A stretch of DNA of 64,000 nucleotides from Microcoleus sp. (GTDB taxonomy: Bacteria; Cyanobacteriota; Cyanobacteriia; Cyanobacteriales; Microcoleaceae): NCBI GenBank assembly GCA_042408215.1, contig JAYFMW010000028.1, positions 32,001 through 96,000 of the forward strand. Direction: 5' to 3'. The translations under genes and the position numbers were made by a program. The notes below the pieces were generated by a model that saw only the letters and a program-made list of their open reading frames with translations, made no database searches and had not been told where the DNA came from. Positions 49,840 to 60,002 of this stretch are shown piece by piece (position 1 is the first letter of the stretch; each line of letters starts with the position of its first letter).

Positions 49840-50910
49840 TTAAAGGTATTTTTGTAAAATATTGGCAGTGGTTTCTCCGGTTTTGTTCCAGCTAAATTGA
49901 GCTGATCTGGCTAAACTAGCTGTTTTTAAGTTCGATCGCAATTTTGAATCTGTTGCTACTGTTTTCATGGCTTCGGCGATTTCTCCAACGCTGTAAGGAT
50001 TTACTAATAATGCCGCATCTCCGGCTACTTCTGGCATTGATGATAGGTTGGAGGTAATGACGGGAGTGCCGCAAGCCATTGCTTCTAAAATTGGTAAGCC
50101 GAATCCTTCCCAAAGTGTGGGGAATACTAGGGCGATGGCTTGATTCATTAGTACGGGTAATTGTTCGTAGGAAACGTAACCCAAAAATTTGATGGAAGAT
50201 TTTAGTCCTAATTCTTCAACTTGTGCTATTAACTGCGGTGTGTAGGTATTGGGAGGCCCTGCTAGCCAAAGTTCGTAGTTTGTGCGATCGCTCAAACTCG
50301 CAAATGCTGTAATTAATCTTTCTAAGTTTTTATAAGGATCATTTCTCCCTGTATAAAGAAAATAATTTTTGGTCGGCAAGTCTAGATGTCTAAAGTTAAT
50401 ATTATCACAAGCTAGGGGAATTGCCGTCATTTTCTTAGCGGGAATCTGAAAAAAGTTAGCAACATCCTCTGCGGTTGCTTGAGAATCGCAAATAATGTGT
50501 TCTGCTTGTCGCAAAACCTGCGGTATGTAGTAGCGAAAATAAGCTCTTAAGCGAGAAAACCGTTTGAAAAATCGTAAAGGAATTAAATCGTGTACTGTGA
50601 CGATGTAGCGGCAGCCGGAATACAAAGGTGCTTCTGGAATTGGAGAAAATATCAGGTTTGAATCCAATTTATTGTAAATTTTAGGCAGATTAAACTGAGT
50701 CCACCTGAGCCTGTTTATTTGTCCTTTTGTTCCTCGATCTGGTGTGAGATTTTCGGGTGTTTGATAGCAAGTATAATCGTCAATCTGCTGGGAAACAAGT
50801 AATGTTGGTTCTAGCTGTTGAAGTTGGGGAAAAAGATTGGCTGCATAAGTCCCGATTCCCGTTGGTTCAGGTGTTAAGAATGACAAATTAATTAACAGTG
50901 AATTAGGCAT
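49840..50910 (-). CDS. GT4 glycosyltransferase, paralog of 48567..49649
   Basis: [32 protein letters not shown] 50910. Confidence 0.93.
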   Translation of the reverse strand: MPNSLLINLSFLTPEPTGIGTYAANLFPQLQQLEPTLLVSQQIDDYTCYQTPENLTPDRGTKGQINRLRWTQFNLPKIYNKLDSNLIFSPIPEAPLYSGCRYIVTVHDLIPLRFFKRFSRLRAYFRYYIPQVLRQAEHIICDSQATAEDVANFFQIPAKKMTAIPLACDNINFRHLDLPTKNYFLYTGRNDPYKNLERLITAFASLSDRTNYELWLAGPPNTYTPQLIAQVEELGLKSSIKFLGYVSYEQLPVLMNQAIALVFPTLWEGFGLPILEAMACGTPVITSNLSSMPEVAGDAALLVNPYSVGEIAEAMKTVATDSKLRSNLKTASLARSAQFSWNKTGETTANILQKYL

Positions 50911-50939
50911 GATTCCCTCGAACACAATTTATCTATATT

Positions 50940-51240
50940 GTAGGCGGGTTTTACCAACAATCTACGTCTGAAACAAATCATCTCCTAAACCCGCCCCCCA
51001 CCAAACGAACTATCCAAATTTACATTTTTCGGCTTGGATAAAAGTCAAGGTTGATGTAATACCAAATCCGGATCTACACCCGACCTATCTTCCTCTTCTT
51101 CTTTGTGTCCTTCGCGTCTTCGCGGTAGAACAAAAAGGGATTTATGTCAACGGATTTGGTGTAAGTTATTGGTTGTGTGGGGGCGGGTTTATATAAATTG
51201 TTTGTCATCATTAAATATTGTTGGTAAAACCCGCCCCTAC
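50940..51240. repeat. REP doublets flanking an inner inverted-repeat element
   Basis: GTAGGCGGGTTTTACCAACAAT ... ATTGTTGGTAAAACCCGCCCCTAC outer arms; inner ACCAAATCCG ... CGGATTTGGT. Confidence 0.7.
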
Positions 51241-51245
51241 GCAAT

Positions 51246-53384
51246 TTATCCCTCGCGATTGATATGGACCATTTGAGCTACATCCGCTGGATTTGGCAGA
51301 CGAATTGTAGCATATTCTTTGTGAATAATCTCAAAGAAATGCTTGACTTTTTCCTCGAAATGTGCCAGTCTAAAATACTGACTGCGCTGATAAGCGACAG
51401 CTTGAATTTCTGCTAGCAAATCGGGATTAATAATTAGCTGATGTGAATGGTGGCAAAGTTCCTCAACGCTATTGAATAAAAAACCCGATCGCCCATTTTC
51501 GACAATTTCCGGTTGGCCACCACCGTTGAAAACAATCGGAGCACAACGGTTTTGCATTGCTTCTACAGTCGCCATCCCGAAATGTTCAAATCTTTGAGGA
51601 TTTACTTCTCCCAAACCGCAGGCGTGCCAAAATATGCTGGCTCTAGCATAAAGCGATTTTACCTCCTCTAAGTCAGCATTGACTTTTAGTTCGATCGCAC
51701 CCGCATCTTGCTTCAATAAATTCTGGACAGTCTTTAAATAAGGATTCTTCGGAATGCTACTTCCCACTAAAACTAGCCGCCATCCTTGCAGTTGTTCTGG
51801 ATAATCCCCTCGCAAACTGCGGAAAGCTTTAATCAATTCAATTTGCTTTTTCGTTCCCCCAGCTTCAAACTGTCCCACAGCTAAAATTATGTTTTCTTTT
51901 GGGACTTTAACTGTTTCTATGTCCACGGGCGGATACAGTAAAAAAGTGGGTTTTAGGTTCCAGCGTTTGTCCAACCACTTGACAGTAAATTGACTGTTTG
52001 CAATAATGAAAGTATAGTCATCAACGGCAAAGTGGCGGTTGCGAAAGGTATTGGGAAAATGGCAGAAAAATACTGAAATCGGCGACAACGGTTTAACTTT
52101 TTCCAGTTGATTAGCGTTGACAAAAATATCGTAATTTTTGCTGGCTCTGGCAATTTCATCAAAGGGATTTTCCAAGTCATCCGTAATTATGCTCGAATCA
52201 ATACACTGCATTCCGCGCTTCTCGTAAAACGGTAAGGGAATAATTTTGATTTGGCATTCTGAAAGGTTCAAACCATACCATGATTCTAATTCGGAAATAG
52301 TAACTGGTTTGTTGGTAATAAAAGTAATGTCAAATTGATTTTGTAGCAGCGAAGCCATCGTAGCCACGTATTTTTGTCCGCCACCAATAAAATGCAGTCC
52401 GTGATCGTAAATCGCGATCGACATTTTGCGATCGCCTCGCACCACCTCTAACCGTGATAAAATGCGATCGACTTTGAGATGACTGTAAATCACAGCTAAC
52501 TTATCAGACAATTGCGGCAGTACAGTTTCGACGATCTCCGGTTTCTGATATTCATACAATTTTTTAATTGCTACAAATAAACTTTCCAGCAACAAATCGT
52601 ATTGTTTGTGAGTGAAAAAATCCGAAGTGTGAAGAGAAGCGGCAAGTTGCAAAGGTTCGTGTTTTGCCAAATACAAAAACCGATTGCGGTTGCAAAAATA
52701 CTCTGTGATTTTGCTACCTTTACTCGAACCTCGGTATTCGTGATGCGCTATAGCTGTCGGAGTATAAAGCATTTTCCAACCCTGTTTTTGGCAGCGTTTA
52801 GAATATTCTACATCCTCAAAATACATCACAAAATCTTCATCTATTTGACCAACTATTTCGAGACATTCCTTGCGGAAAAGCACAGCAGCCCAACAAAGAC
52901 CTTCTACTTCGCGTTCTGTGTTATACTGTCCTGAATCTTTCTCGCCAAAGCCGACATCTCGCCAAAAAAAATTAGGCAATTGTTGGATGCCAACACTGTT
53001 AATTCGCCCGTCTTTAAACAGCAATTTCCCGCTTGCAGCACCTACATTTTTGTGTGTTTCTAGCAGCTTTACCAGGATTTCTAGCCAGTGGCTATCAAGG
53101 GTGGCATCGTTATTGAGGAAACCGATATATTGTCCTTTAGCTTGGCTGACACCCAGGTTTAGAGCTTTAGCAAAGTTGTTTTCTGAGTTGACAAAAACGC
53201 GCACTTGGGGAAATAGTTCGCTCAGAGTGTTAACTGATTCGTCTTGAGAGCAGTTATCTATTAAAATTACGTCTAGTTGCTGTTCAGGATAGGCAAGTTT
53301 TTGCAGAGATTTTAGGCAATCTTTCGTCTGGCGAAGACCTTTATAATTGACGATAATTAGCGAACATATTGGTATTGAGGTCAT
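51246..53384 (-). CDS. Bifunctional GT2 + GT4 glycosyltransferase
   Basis: SLIIVNY..DNCSQD..FLNNDA..YFEDVE; C-terminal FEHFGMATVEAM. Confidence 0.92.
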   Translation of the reverse strand: MTSIPICSLIIVNYKGLRQTKDCLKSLQKLAYPEQQLDVILIDNCSQDESVNTLSELFPQVRVFVNSENNFAKALNLGVSQAKGQYIGFLNNDATLDSHWLEILVKLLETHKNVGAASGKLLFKDGRINSVGIQQLPNFFWRDVGFGEKDSGQYNTEREVEGLCWAAVLFRKECLEIVGQIDEDFVMYFEDVEYSKRCQKQGWKMLYTPTAIAHHEYRGSSKGSKITEYFCNRNRFLYLAKHEPLQLAASLHTSDFFTHKQYDLLLESLFVAIKKLYEYQKPEIVETVLPQLSDKLAVIYSHLKVDRILSRLEVVRGDRKMSIAIYDHGLHFIGGGQKYVATMASLLQNQFDITFITNKPVTISELESWYGLNLSECQIKIIPLPFYEKRGMQCIDSSIITDDLENPFDEIARASKNYDIFVNANQLEKVKPLSPISVFFCHFPNTFRNRHFAVDDYTFIIANSQFTVKWLDKRWNLKPTFLLYPPVDIETVKVPKENIILAVGQFEAGGTKKQIELIKAFRSLRGDYPEQLQGWRLVLVGSSIPKNPYLKTVQNLLKQDAGAIELKVNADLEEVKSLYARASIFWHACGLGEVNPQRFEHFGMATVEAMQNRCAPIVFNGGGQPEIVENGRSGFLFNSVEELCHHSHQLIINPDLLAEIQAVAYQRSQYFRLAHFEEKVKHFFEIIHKEYATIRLPNPADVAQMVHINREG

Positions 53385-53570
53385 TTTAGATTTTAGATTT
53401 TAGATTTTAGATTTTAGATTGATCTCGCAGATGAATTCGGGGGCTTGTGACTAAATTGCTTTGGGTCATTTTTGATTCACGACTTACGCACTCAAGGGTG
53501 GTGTTTCAAGACTTTGAGATTCTTCGTTTTACTCAGAATGACAGAATTATATCCAAATGTCTAAGTCCTA

Positions 53571-54098
53571 TTATTGTCGATGGAGCAACTGAGCGTTAAT
53601 TTGAGCTAAAATAGCACTCTGCTGCTGCTGTACTGCTTGAATTTGCTCTATTTCAGATTGAAGGGCTGTTATGGCTTTTTGCTGAGTTTCAAGCTGTGCT
53701 GTAACTTCGAGAAACCCATTCCTAAATTCCCCTTGCAGTTTTTGATCTAGATTTTTTTGATTCTCCTGCAATTTTTGCAACTGGTTGCTCAATGTTTGAA
53801 CGACGCGGGTATTGGCAAAATTGTAAATTACTTGTCGTTCCAGTACCGGTCTGAGCAATTTTCGGACTATTTTTCTAACTGCGATGACTACGGAACCAAG
53901 CCGCCTTTGATAAGAGGTAATTGGGACATTATAAATATCAAAACCAGTTTTTAGCAAGGCGATATCTTCGTCTTCTTCATCAAGGGCTATCGTACTATTT
54001 TTGCTCCCAGACTGCGGCGAATTAGCCACAATTAGTGGCTCCAAAGTTTGCCGTAATTTATCTATTATCTGTTGAGTTGGTACTTTTTCGTACTGCAA
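53571..54098 (-). CDS. Hypothetical coiled-coil protein in glycan cluster
   Basis: KIVRKLLRPVLERQVIYN motif followed by heptad repeats; GGAGG upstream of TTG. Confidence 0.7.
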   Translation of the reverse strand: MQYEKVPTQQIIDKLRQTLEPLIVANSPQSGSKNSTIALDEEDEDIALLKTGFDIYNVPITSYQRRLGSVVIAVRKIVRKLLRPVLERQVIYNFANTRVVQTLSNQLQKLQENQKNLDQKLQGEFRNGFLEVTAQLETQQKAITALQSEIEQIQAVQQQQSAILAQINAQLLHRQ

Positions 54099-54181
54099 TC
54101 TTTCGCCTCCTTTCTATCAACTCTAATAACGTAGGGTGCGCTGCGGCGCACCTTACCTGAATCTCACAACCTTCCTCTTCT

Positions 54182-55255
54182 TTAAACTAACTCGATTTGA
54201 CTGTCATCGCCAATCATAAACCGCAGAGCTTTCGGGCGCGGAGGGGCCTTAGTAATTTTAGCTCGTTGTCCCACTACACTGTCAACAATTCGCTGGTGAA
54301 TGCCAACTATTCTCGCCCCTTGCAGTATTACACTGTGTTCGATATCAGCATCAATCATCGTCACTCGATCGGCAATACTGCTGTAAGGCCCGATAAAGCA
54401 ATTTTCGATGTGGCAATTTTCCCCAATCACCACCGGCCCGCGAACGGTAGAATTAATTACTTCAGTTCCTTCGCCTATTTGCACTCGCCCGATAATTTGA
54501 CTTTTCTCATCTACTTTTAATTCGGTTGAAGCTACGATACAGCTATCTAGAATAATTTGGTTAGCACTCAGCAAATCGTCTTTTTTTCCCGTATCCAACC
54601 ACCAACCTTCTAAATTGCAGGCTTCTACTTTTTTTTGTCGATCGATCAACTGTTGAATCGCATCGGTAATTTCGAGCTCGCCACGGGGCGAAGGCTGAAT
54701 TTGATCGATCGCCTCGTGAATCGTAGGAGCAAAAAAGTAAATCCCGACCAGTGCTAAATTAGAAGGCGGGACTTTGGGTTTTTCTACAAGTTGCAAAACT
54801 CGCCCATTTTCATCTACTTTTGCCACCCCGAAAGCACTAGGATTTTGGACTGGTCGCAACAGAATTAAAGCGTCTAGCTGGTGCTTTTTAAAAGTCTCTA
54901 AAAACGGATCGAGTTGATTCTGAATTAAGTTATCTCCTAAATACATAATAAACGGAGAATCGCCCAAAAATGGTCTAGCAATTTTCACCGCGTGAGCCAG
55001 TCCCGCCGGTTCGTTTTGCAAGATATAAGTAATTTTTGCACCAAAGCGATCGCCATTTCCGGTTTTCGCCTTCACCTCTTCCCCGGTTTCAGGACTAATA
55101 ATAATCCCAATATCCGTAATACCTGCCGCCACAATTCCTTCAATTCCGTACCACAGTATGGGCTTATTTGCCACCGGCACCAACTGCTTAGCACCTGTAT
55201 AGGTGAGGGGACGCAAACGTGTTCCTTTGCCGCCAGAGAGGATTAATGCTTTCAT
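54182..55255 (-). CDS. rfbA: Glucose-1-phosphate thymidylyltransferase (long form)
   Basis: MKALILSGGKGTRLRPLTYTGAKQLVPVANKP; SPRGELEITDA; WWLDTGK; hexapeptide-like tail. Confidence 0.93.
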   Translation of the reverse strand: MKALILSGGKGTRLRPLTYTGAKQLVPVANKPILWYGIEGIVAAGITDIGIIISPETGEEVKAKTGNGDRFGAKITYILQNEPAGLAHAVKIARPFLGDSPFIMYLGDNLIQNQLDPFLETFKKHQLDALILLRPVQNPSAFGVAKVDENGRVLQLVEKPKVPPSNLALVGIYFFAPTIHEAIDQIQPSPRGELEITDAIQQLIDRQKKVEACNLEGWWLDTGKKDDLLSANQIILDSCIVASTELKVDEKSQIIGRVQIGEGTEVINSTVRGPVVIGENCHIENCFIGPYSSIADRVTMIDADIEHSVILQGARIVGIHQRIVDSVVGQRAKITKAPPRPKALRFMIGDDSQIELV

Positions 55256-55458
55256 TTAGTTAATTCTCAGTTATCCTTTAGGGTGTACAGTGCTGGCTCG
55301 ATTCGCCTGCACTTGTTCGCTCTCGTTAATTCTAAAGCACTGCTACTCCGCTGGCAATAGCTGCCGTGTTTTCTGATACAAATGATTTGTGCGATCGAAC
55401 TTTTAGCATTTAGGTGTAAGGTGCTTATAGCCCACTATACATTTAATTGCCTACCTTT

Positions 55459-56169
55459 TTAATAGCGGCCGTACCGGGCGATAACTGCACCGCGGCCATG
55501 CTGTTGATTTGTCAGCCAAGCCCACATCTGATCCCCCAAGCAAAAATGCCACCACTCGTGAGGATGTTGCTGAAAACCAGCAGCTATCATCACATCTTTT
55601 AATATTTGCCTGTGACGGTGATATTGCTGTTCTTGCGGCTCATTGCTGCTAGCAAAATAATCGGGATAAGAACGTTCTGATATTTCATCTATGGGAGAAC
55701 CCATATCAATTTTTTGATGGTTTTCATCTACTAAAGTTAGATCTAATGCACCACCTGTGCTATGAGGAGGAGGTGTGGCGCGATCGAGGCTGGGCACTGC
55801 CCAAAATTGATATACTTTCTCTAAAATTACTTGGCGTTTTTCTTCTGAAACCGGCAATTCGCAGCCTTGAGCTTGGGCAATTTCTGCAAAAGTATAATCT
55901 ACCATAAATTGCTGCACTTCCACCGGACGGTAAGCGTCAAATATCAGAATTTTCCAATGAGGATGATTTTGCTGTAGCTGGGTTTTAGCCACCATCAAAC
56001 TATCTCTAACTCCCTCACGCAAATAGTAAGGGGAATCTGCTTTGCTGTTGTGATAGGGTGCGCCTAATTTTTGATAAGGATGCGGATTTTCTAAGGCAAA
56101 ATTTTCGGAGGTAATTGAGACTAAAGGTTCGCTGCATTCGAGAATGGGTATTTGCTGGTAGGGTTTCAT
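55459..56169 (-). CDS. D-Ala-D-Ala dipeptidase (VanX/DdpX, M15D)
   Basis: FDAYRP, PPHSTGGALDLTL, HEWWHF. Confidence 0.92.
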   Translation of the reverse strand: MKPYQQIPILECSEPLVSITSENFALENPHPYQKLGAPYHNSKADSPYYLREGVRDSLMVAKTQLQQNHPHWKILIFDAYRPVEVQQFMVDYTFAEIAQAQGCELPVSEEKRQVILEKVYQFWAVPSLDRATPPPHSTGGALDLTLVDENHQKIDMGSPIDEISERSYPDYFASSNEPQEQQYHRHRQILKDVMIAAGFQQHPHEWWHFCLGDQMWAWLTNQQHGRGAVIARYGRY

Positions 56170-56194
56170 CTAAAGGTTTTGATATCCTTGATAA

Positions 56195-56431
56195 TTATTG
56201 TACTACTCGGTATATGCTTTTAACTTGAGTCAGACGGGTTGCAAATAGCAAAGCAGCTAGAATATCCTCATGCTCTAAATCGTCATAGTCATCTATAATT
56301 TCCTTTGCATTCATGCCAGAACTGAGCAATTCAAGAATCAACTCTACAGGATAGCGTAGGCCGCGAATACAGGGTTTTCCGTGACAGATGTTCGGATCTA
56401 GTGTAATTCGCTGCAAAAGTTTGTTTTCCAT
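56195..56431 (-). CDS. DUF433 protein
   Basis: RITLDPNICHGKPCIRGLRYPV...YDDLEHEDILAAL. Confidence 0.92.
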   Translation of the reverse strand: MENKLLQRITLDPNICHGKPCIRGLRYPVELILELLSSGMNAKEIIDDYDDLEHEDILAALLFATRLTQVKSIYRVVQ

Positions 56432-56551
56432 ATTTTAAAATCAAATGTTGGATCTAGTATAACCTCATAAGAGCTTTTATTCAAGTGTTAGTAAAGACTT
56501 GAGGATGTTAATTGTACATTTAAAGTCCTCAAGTCCTGACTGCAAAAAATC

Positions 56552-57214
56552 CTAACTTTGGCGGTAAGCAATTACCGCATAAAACGGATCGCCGCCTCCG
56601 ATTCCCAGCATTTGCATAAAACTCGGCAAGCTAGACTGCTTAGCAATTACTTCCGGCTTGCTAAATCCGGGTATATTCGCTCCTTTGACAGAATCAAAGT
56701 AACGCTTGACTAATTCTACCCGATCGCCCTCCGCTCCTTCTCGCCATGCCGCGATCGCCTTTTGATAAAACATCCGGTTAGAAAAGCTAAAAATCGCTAC
56801 TCCACCCGGTTTCAAGATCCGATGAATCTCGGCAAATATGGCATCTGGATACTGCAAATATTGTACTGAAACACAGTTGACAACGGCGTCAAATTCTGCA
56901 TCCGGCAAGGGCAACTTAGGATTTGCATTCAAATTCTGGACAAAATAACGATTGAACCGAGGATTTTTGGCCAACTCTTGTTGATTCAATCCATGTCCTT
57001 CAACCTGGGCAAATTCCATCTCTTCGGGTAGATGAGAAACCCAACTGCTCATCATATCAAAAATCCGAGTATTCGGTTTCAGGCGTTCCCGATACAAGTC
57101 GGTTAATTGCTGAATGAATCCCTCGTCTACGTGCGTCACAAACCGAGGAGAGGCATAGAACAATGTATCGTCGGTGTCGTCTAACTTGGTGCGCTGATTG
57201 CCTTTGAGTAACAT
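56552..57214 (-). CDS. Class I SAM-dependent methyltransferase
   Basis: KLDDTDDTLFYASPRFVTHVD, DMMSSWVSHLP, RILKPGG; ATG 57214. Confidence 0.9.
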   Translation of the reverse strand: MLLKGNQRTKLDDTDDTLFYASPRFVTHVDEGFIQQLTDLYRERLKPNTRIFDMMSSWVSHLPEEMEFAQVEGHGLNQQELAKNPRFNRYFVQNLNANPKLPLPDAEFDAVVNCVSVQYLQYPDAIFAEIHRILKPGGVAIFSFSNRMFYQKAIAAWREGAEGDRVELVKRYFDSVKGANIPGFSKPEVIAKQSSLPSFMQMLGIGGGDPFYAVIAYRQS

Positions 57215-57391
57215 AATCTGCGATCGCGATCGTAACTTTACCGTTCCTATTTTAAGAACAATTAAGAAATGTAAACACATTCCGCAGCCCGGACATCCGG
57301 CACTCCGTTGCTGTGAGGCGCGATCGATCGTGGTATTGAAAGCTACACATCCTCCGCAGCGCCACAGTCTGCGAGTGAACCCGCGAGTCCG

Positions 57392-57441
57392 CCGGGGACT
57401 TAAGTCCCCGCCTCACAGCTAAAGTCCACTTTAAGTGGACT
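57392..57441. repeat. Palindromic REP-like hairpins
   Basis: CGGGGACTTAAGTCCCCG and AGTCCACTTTAAGTGGACT. Confidence 0.6.
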
Positions 57442-57615
57442 AAAAAGCGGTGGTAGTCTCGATCGAATGATTCAGCATCCCACTTGTTAAGCTTGAGTCT
57501 CCGGCGGATTCCCGCTTTTAGCATAGCTTTCGCCCTCAAAAAATCTGCTTGCGCCTCCTTGACAAAACCCCAAAAATATCATACTCTAATCATACGGACA
57601 CTAAGCAATAAACCA

Positions 57616-58086
57616 ATGGTTACTACATCCACTGTCGATCGCACATATCTAGGTCAGTGGCACGACGTTCTCGCCCCCCACAGCCTGGGCTACCGGCTCA
57701 AACTGCTGGGGCAGCTAGTTACTCGCAGGCTGCAAGAGGTACTCGAACCCTTTGGATTGACACCTTTTCACTGGCTGGTACTGTGCTGCTTGTGGCAAGA
57801 AGACGGTTTAGCGACTTCCAGCATAGGCGACAAACTGCAACAGGTAGGTGGTACGCTGACTGGTGTAATCGATCGCATGGAAGAAAGAGATTTAGTCCGC
57901 CGTTCGAGAGACACCCGCGATCGCCGCATTTGGCGAATTTGGCTGACCGACTCAGGCAGGGGACTGCAAGACGTACTGCCGCCACTGGTAGATCAGATCA
58001 GAGAGAAGTCAATGACTGGAATTGCCCTGGCCGATCGAGAACGCTTCTCAGAACTGATCGATCTGGCGATCGTCAATCTTTCCTAA
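57616..58086 (+). CDS. MarR family transcriptional regulator
   Basis: GLTPFHWLVL...GTLTGVIDRMEERDLVRR..DTRDRRIWRIWLTDSG; ATG 57616. Confidence 0.93.
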   Translation: MVTTSTVDRTYLGQWHDVLAPHSLGYRLKLLGQLVTRRLQEVLEPFGLTPFHWLVLCCLWQEDGLATSSIGDKLQQVGGTLTGVIDRMEERDLVRRSRDTRDRRIWRIWLTDSGRGLQDVLPPLVDQIREKSMTGIALADRERFSELIDLAIVNLS

Positions 58087-58249
58087 ACCGAAAAATCAAT
58101 CTCACGGAGGTCGCGCCACAGCATCTACCCCTACTAGACTACAAATAACCGCAAAATACTACGCACTCTTAAAAACAGCAGTCTTAATAAATAAATACTA
58201 CGCACTCTAACCAAACGGCATCTTATAAAAATCTCAGGAGTCAACTACC

Positions 58250-59924
58250 ATGAAACCCACCAAGGAAATCAACCCAGCAGAATTCAACGGTAACGGCAAA
58301 CCAGTCGCGCTATTAGAAAAGCCGATCGACGACACACAAGCTAAAATAGTACCCGTAACGCCCGCAGAGCCAGAAATCAGCGCCCCCACCGATGTCAAAA
58401 CAGGCGCAGAAACAGCACTCCAAGCACCCAGATCAGTGGCTGCAACACCGCAGAAAAAGTCCAAGAAACCACTGATTTTCGCCGTATTGGGAGTAGGTGC
58501 GATCGCCGCCAGCAGCTTCGGCTATCAATACTGGCAATACGCCTCCATCCACCAAGAAACCGAAAACGCCACAGTTGCCGGACACATCCACCAAATCAGC
58601 AGCCGCATCAACGGTACTGTTGGCGAAGTCACCGTAGAAGACAACCAACAAGTAAAACCCGGACAACTGCTAATCAAACTCGACCCCCGCGACTACCAAG
58701 TTAAAGTCCAACAAGCCCAAGCAGCCTTAGAAAACGCCCGTCGCCAAGCCGAAGCAGCAAAAGCCAATATTTCCCTAGCCTCTCAAACCAGCCAAGGCAA
58801 AACAGCACAAGCCCAGGGAGATATCAGCGGTGCAAACGCTGCCATTTCCACCGCCCAAGCAGCACTCAGAGAAGCCCAGCAAGGCGTGCCCGCAGCGGAA
58901 GCTACCGTTGCCCAAGCCCAAGCCGGCGTATCCGTCGCGATCGCCAAAGTCGCCCAAGCCCAAGCCGGAATTCCCCAAGCTGAAGCCAAAGTCACCGAAG
59001 CCGCAGCCGGAATTGCCCAAGCGCAAGCTCAGCTAGTGCAAGCACAGGCTAATCTTGTCAAAACGCAAGCTGATTATAAACGATATGAAGAGCTTGCAGT
59101 CTCAAGGTGCGATCGCCCGCCAGCAACTAGACTCCGCCAAAGCAGCCTACGATGTAGCTGTCGGCCAAACTACCGCAGCCCAACAAGGAATTGCCCAAGC
59201 CAGAGCGCGCTTAGCCCAAGCCACCGAAGGCGTAAAACAAGCTCAAGCCACAGTAGCGCAAGCCCAAGAAGGCGTAAAACAAGCTCAAGCCGAAGTAGCG
59301 CGCTCCCAAGTCGGCATCGCCAGCGCTGAAGCCAAAGTCGCCCTAGCCCAAGAAGGGATCGCCAGCGCCCAAGCAAAACTTGCGACATCCAAGGGCGGAT
59401 TGCAACAAGCCGAAGCTACGGGAGAACAAACTAAGGTCAGTCGATCGCAGTATGATGCGGCCAAGGCTGCGATCGCCCAATCGGAAGCCTCGGTTAAAGA
59501 CGCTCAACTGCAACTTTCCTACACGAAGATCACCGCACCCGCCGCCGGAAAAATCGGCCGCAAATCCGTTGAAGTGGGCCAGCGGGTGCTGTCGGGAACG
59601 CCTTTAATGGCGATCGTAAGTAACGATTTATGGGTAATTGCCAACTTCAAAGAAACGCAACTGGCAAACATCAAACCAGGTCAAAAAGTAGAAATCAAAT
59701 TAGATGCTTTTGGTAGCCATAAATTTGAGGGCAGAGTTGATAGTTTCTCCCCAGCTTCTGGCGCTCAATTTTCCTTATTACCTCCCGATAATGCTACGGG
59801 AAATTTCACCAAAATCGTGCAGCGGATTCCTGTCAAAGTTGTATTTGATGCCGCAAGTATTAAAGGCTACGAATCGCGGATTGCACCGGGGATGTCTGCT
59901 ACGGTAAATGTTGAACTTAAATGA
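58250..59924 (+). pseudogene. EmrA/HlyD-family efflux membrane fusion protein, frameshifted (real or sequencing error)
   Basis: The 5' ORF (TM, ETENATVAGH, VEDNQQVKPGQLL) and 3' ORF (GAIARQQLD...SLLPPDNATGNFTKIVQRIPV...PGMS) join if one base is removed at TATGAAGAGCTTG (~59090). Confidence 0.88.
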
Positions 59925-60002
59925 AGGAAGGACTTACGCAGAACCTCTGTATGTAGGGTGCTTATGGGCGCACATTGGTGTCAACTTAAGCCTAAAACCT
60001 TG

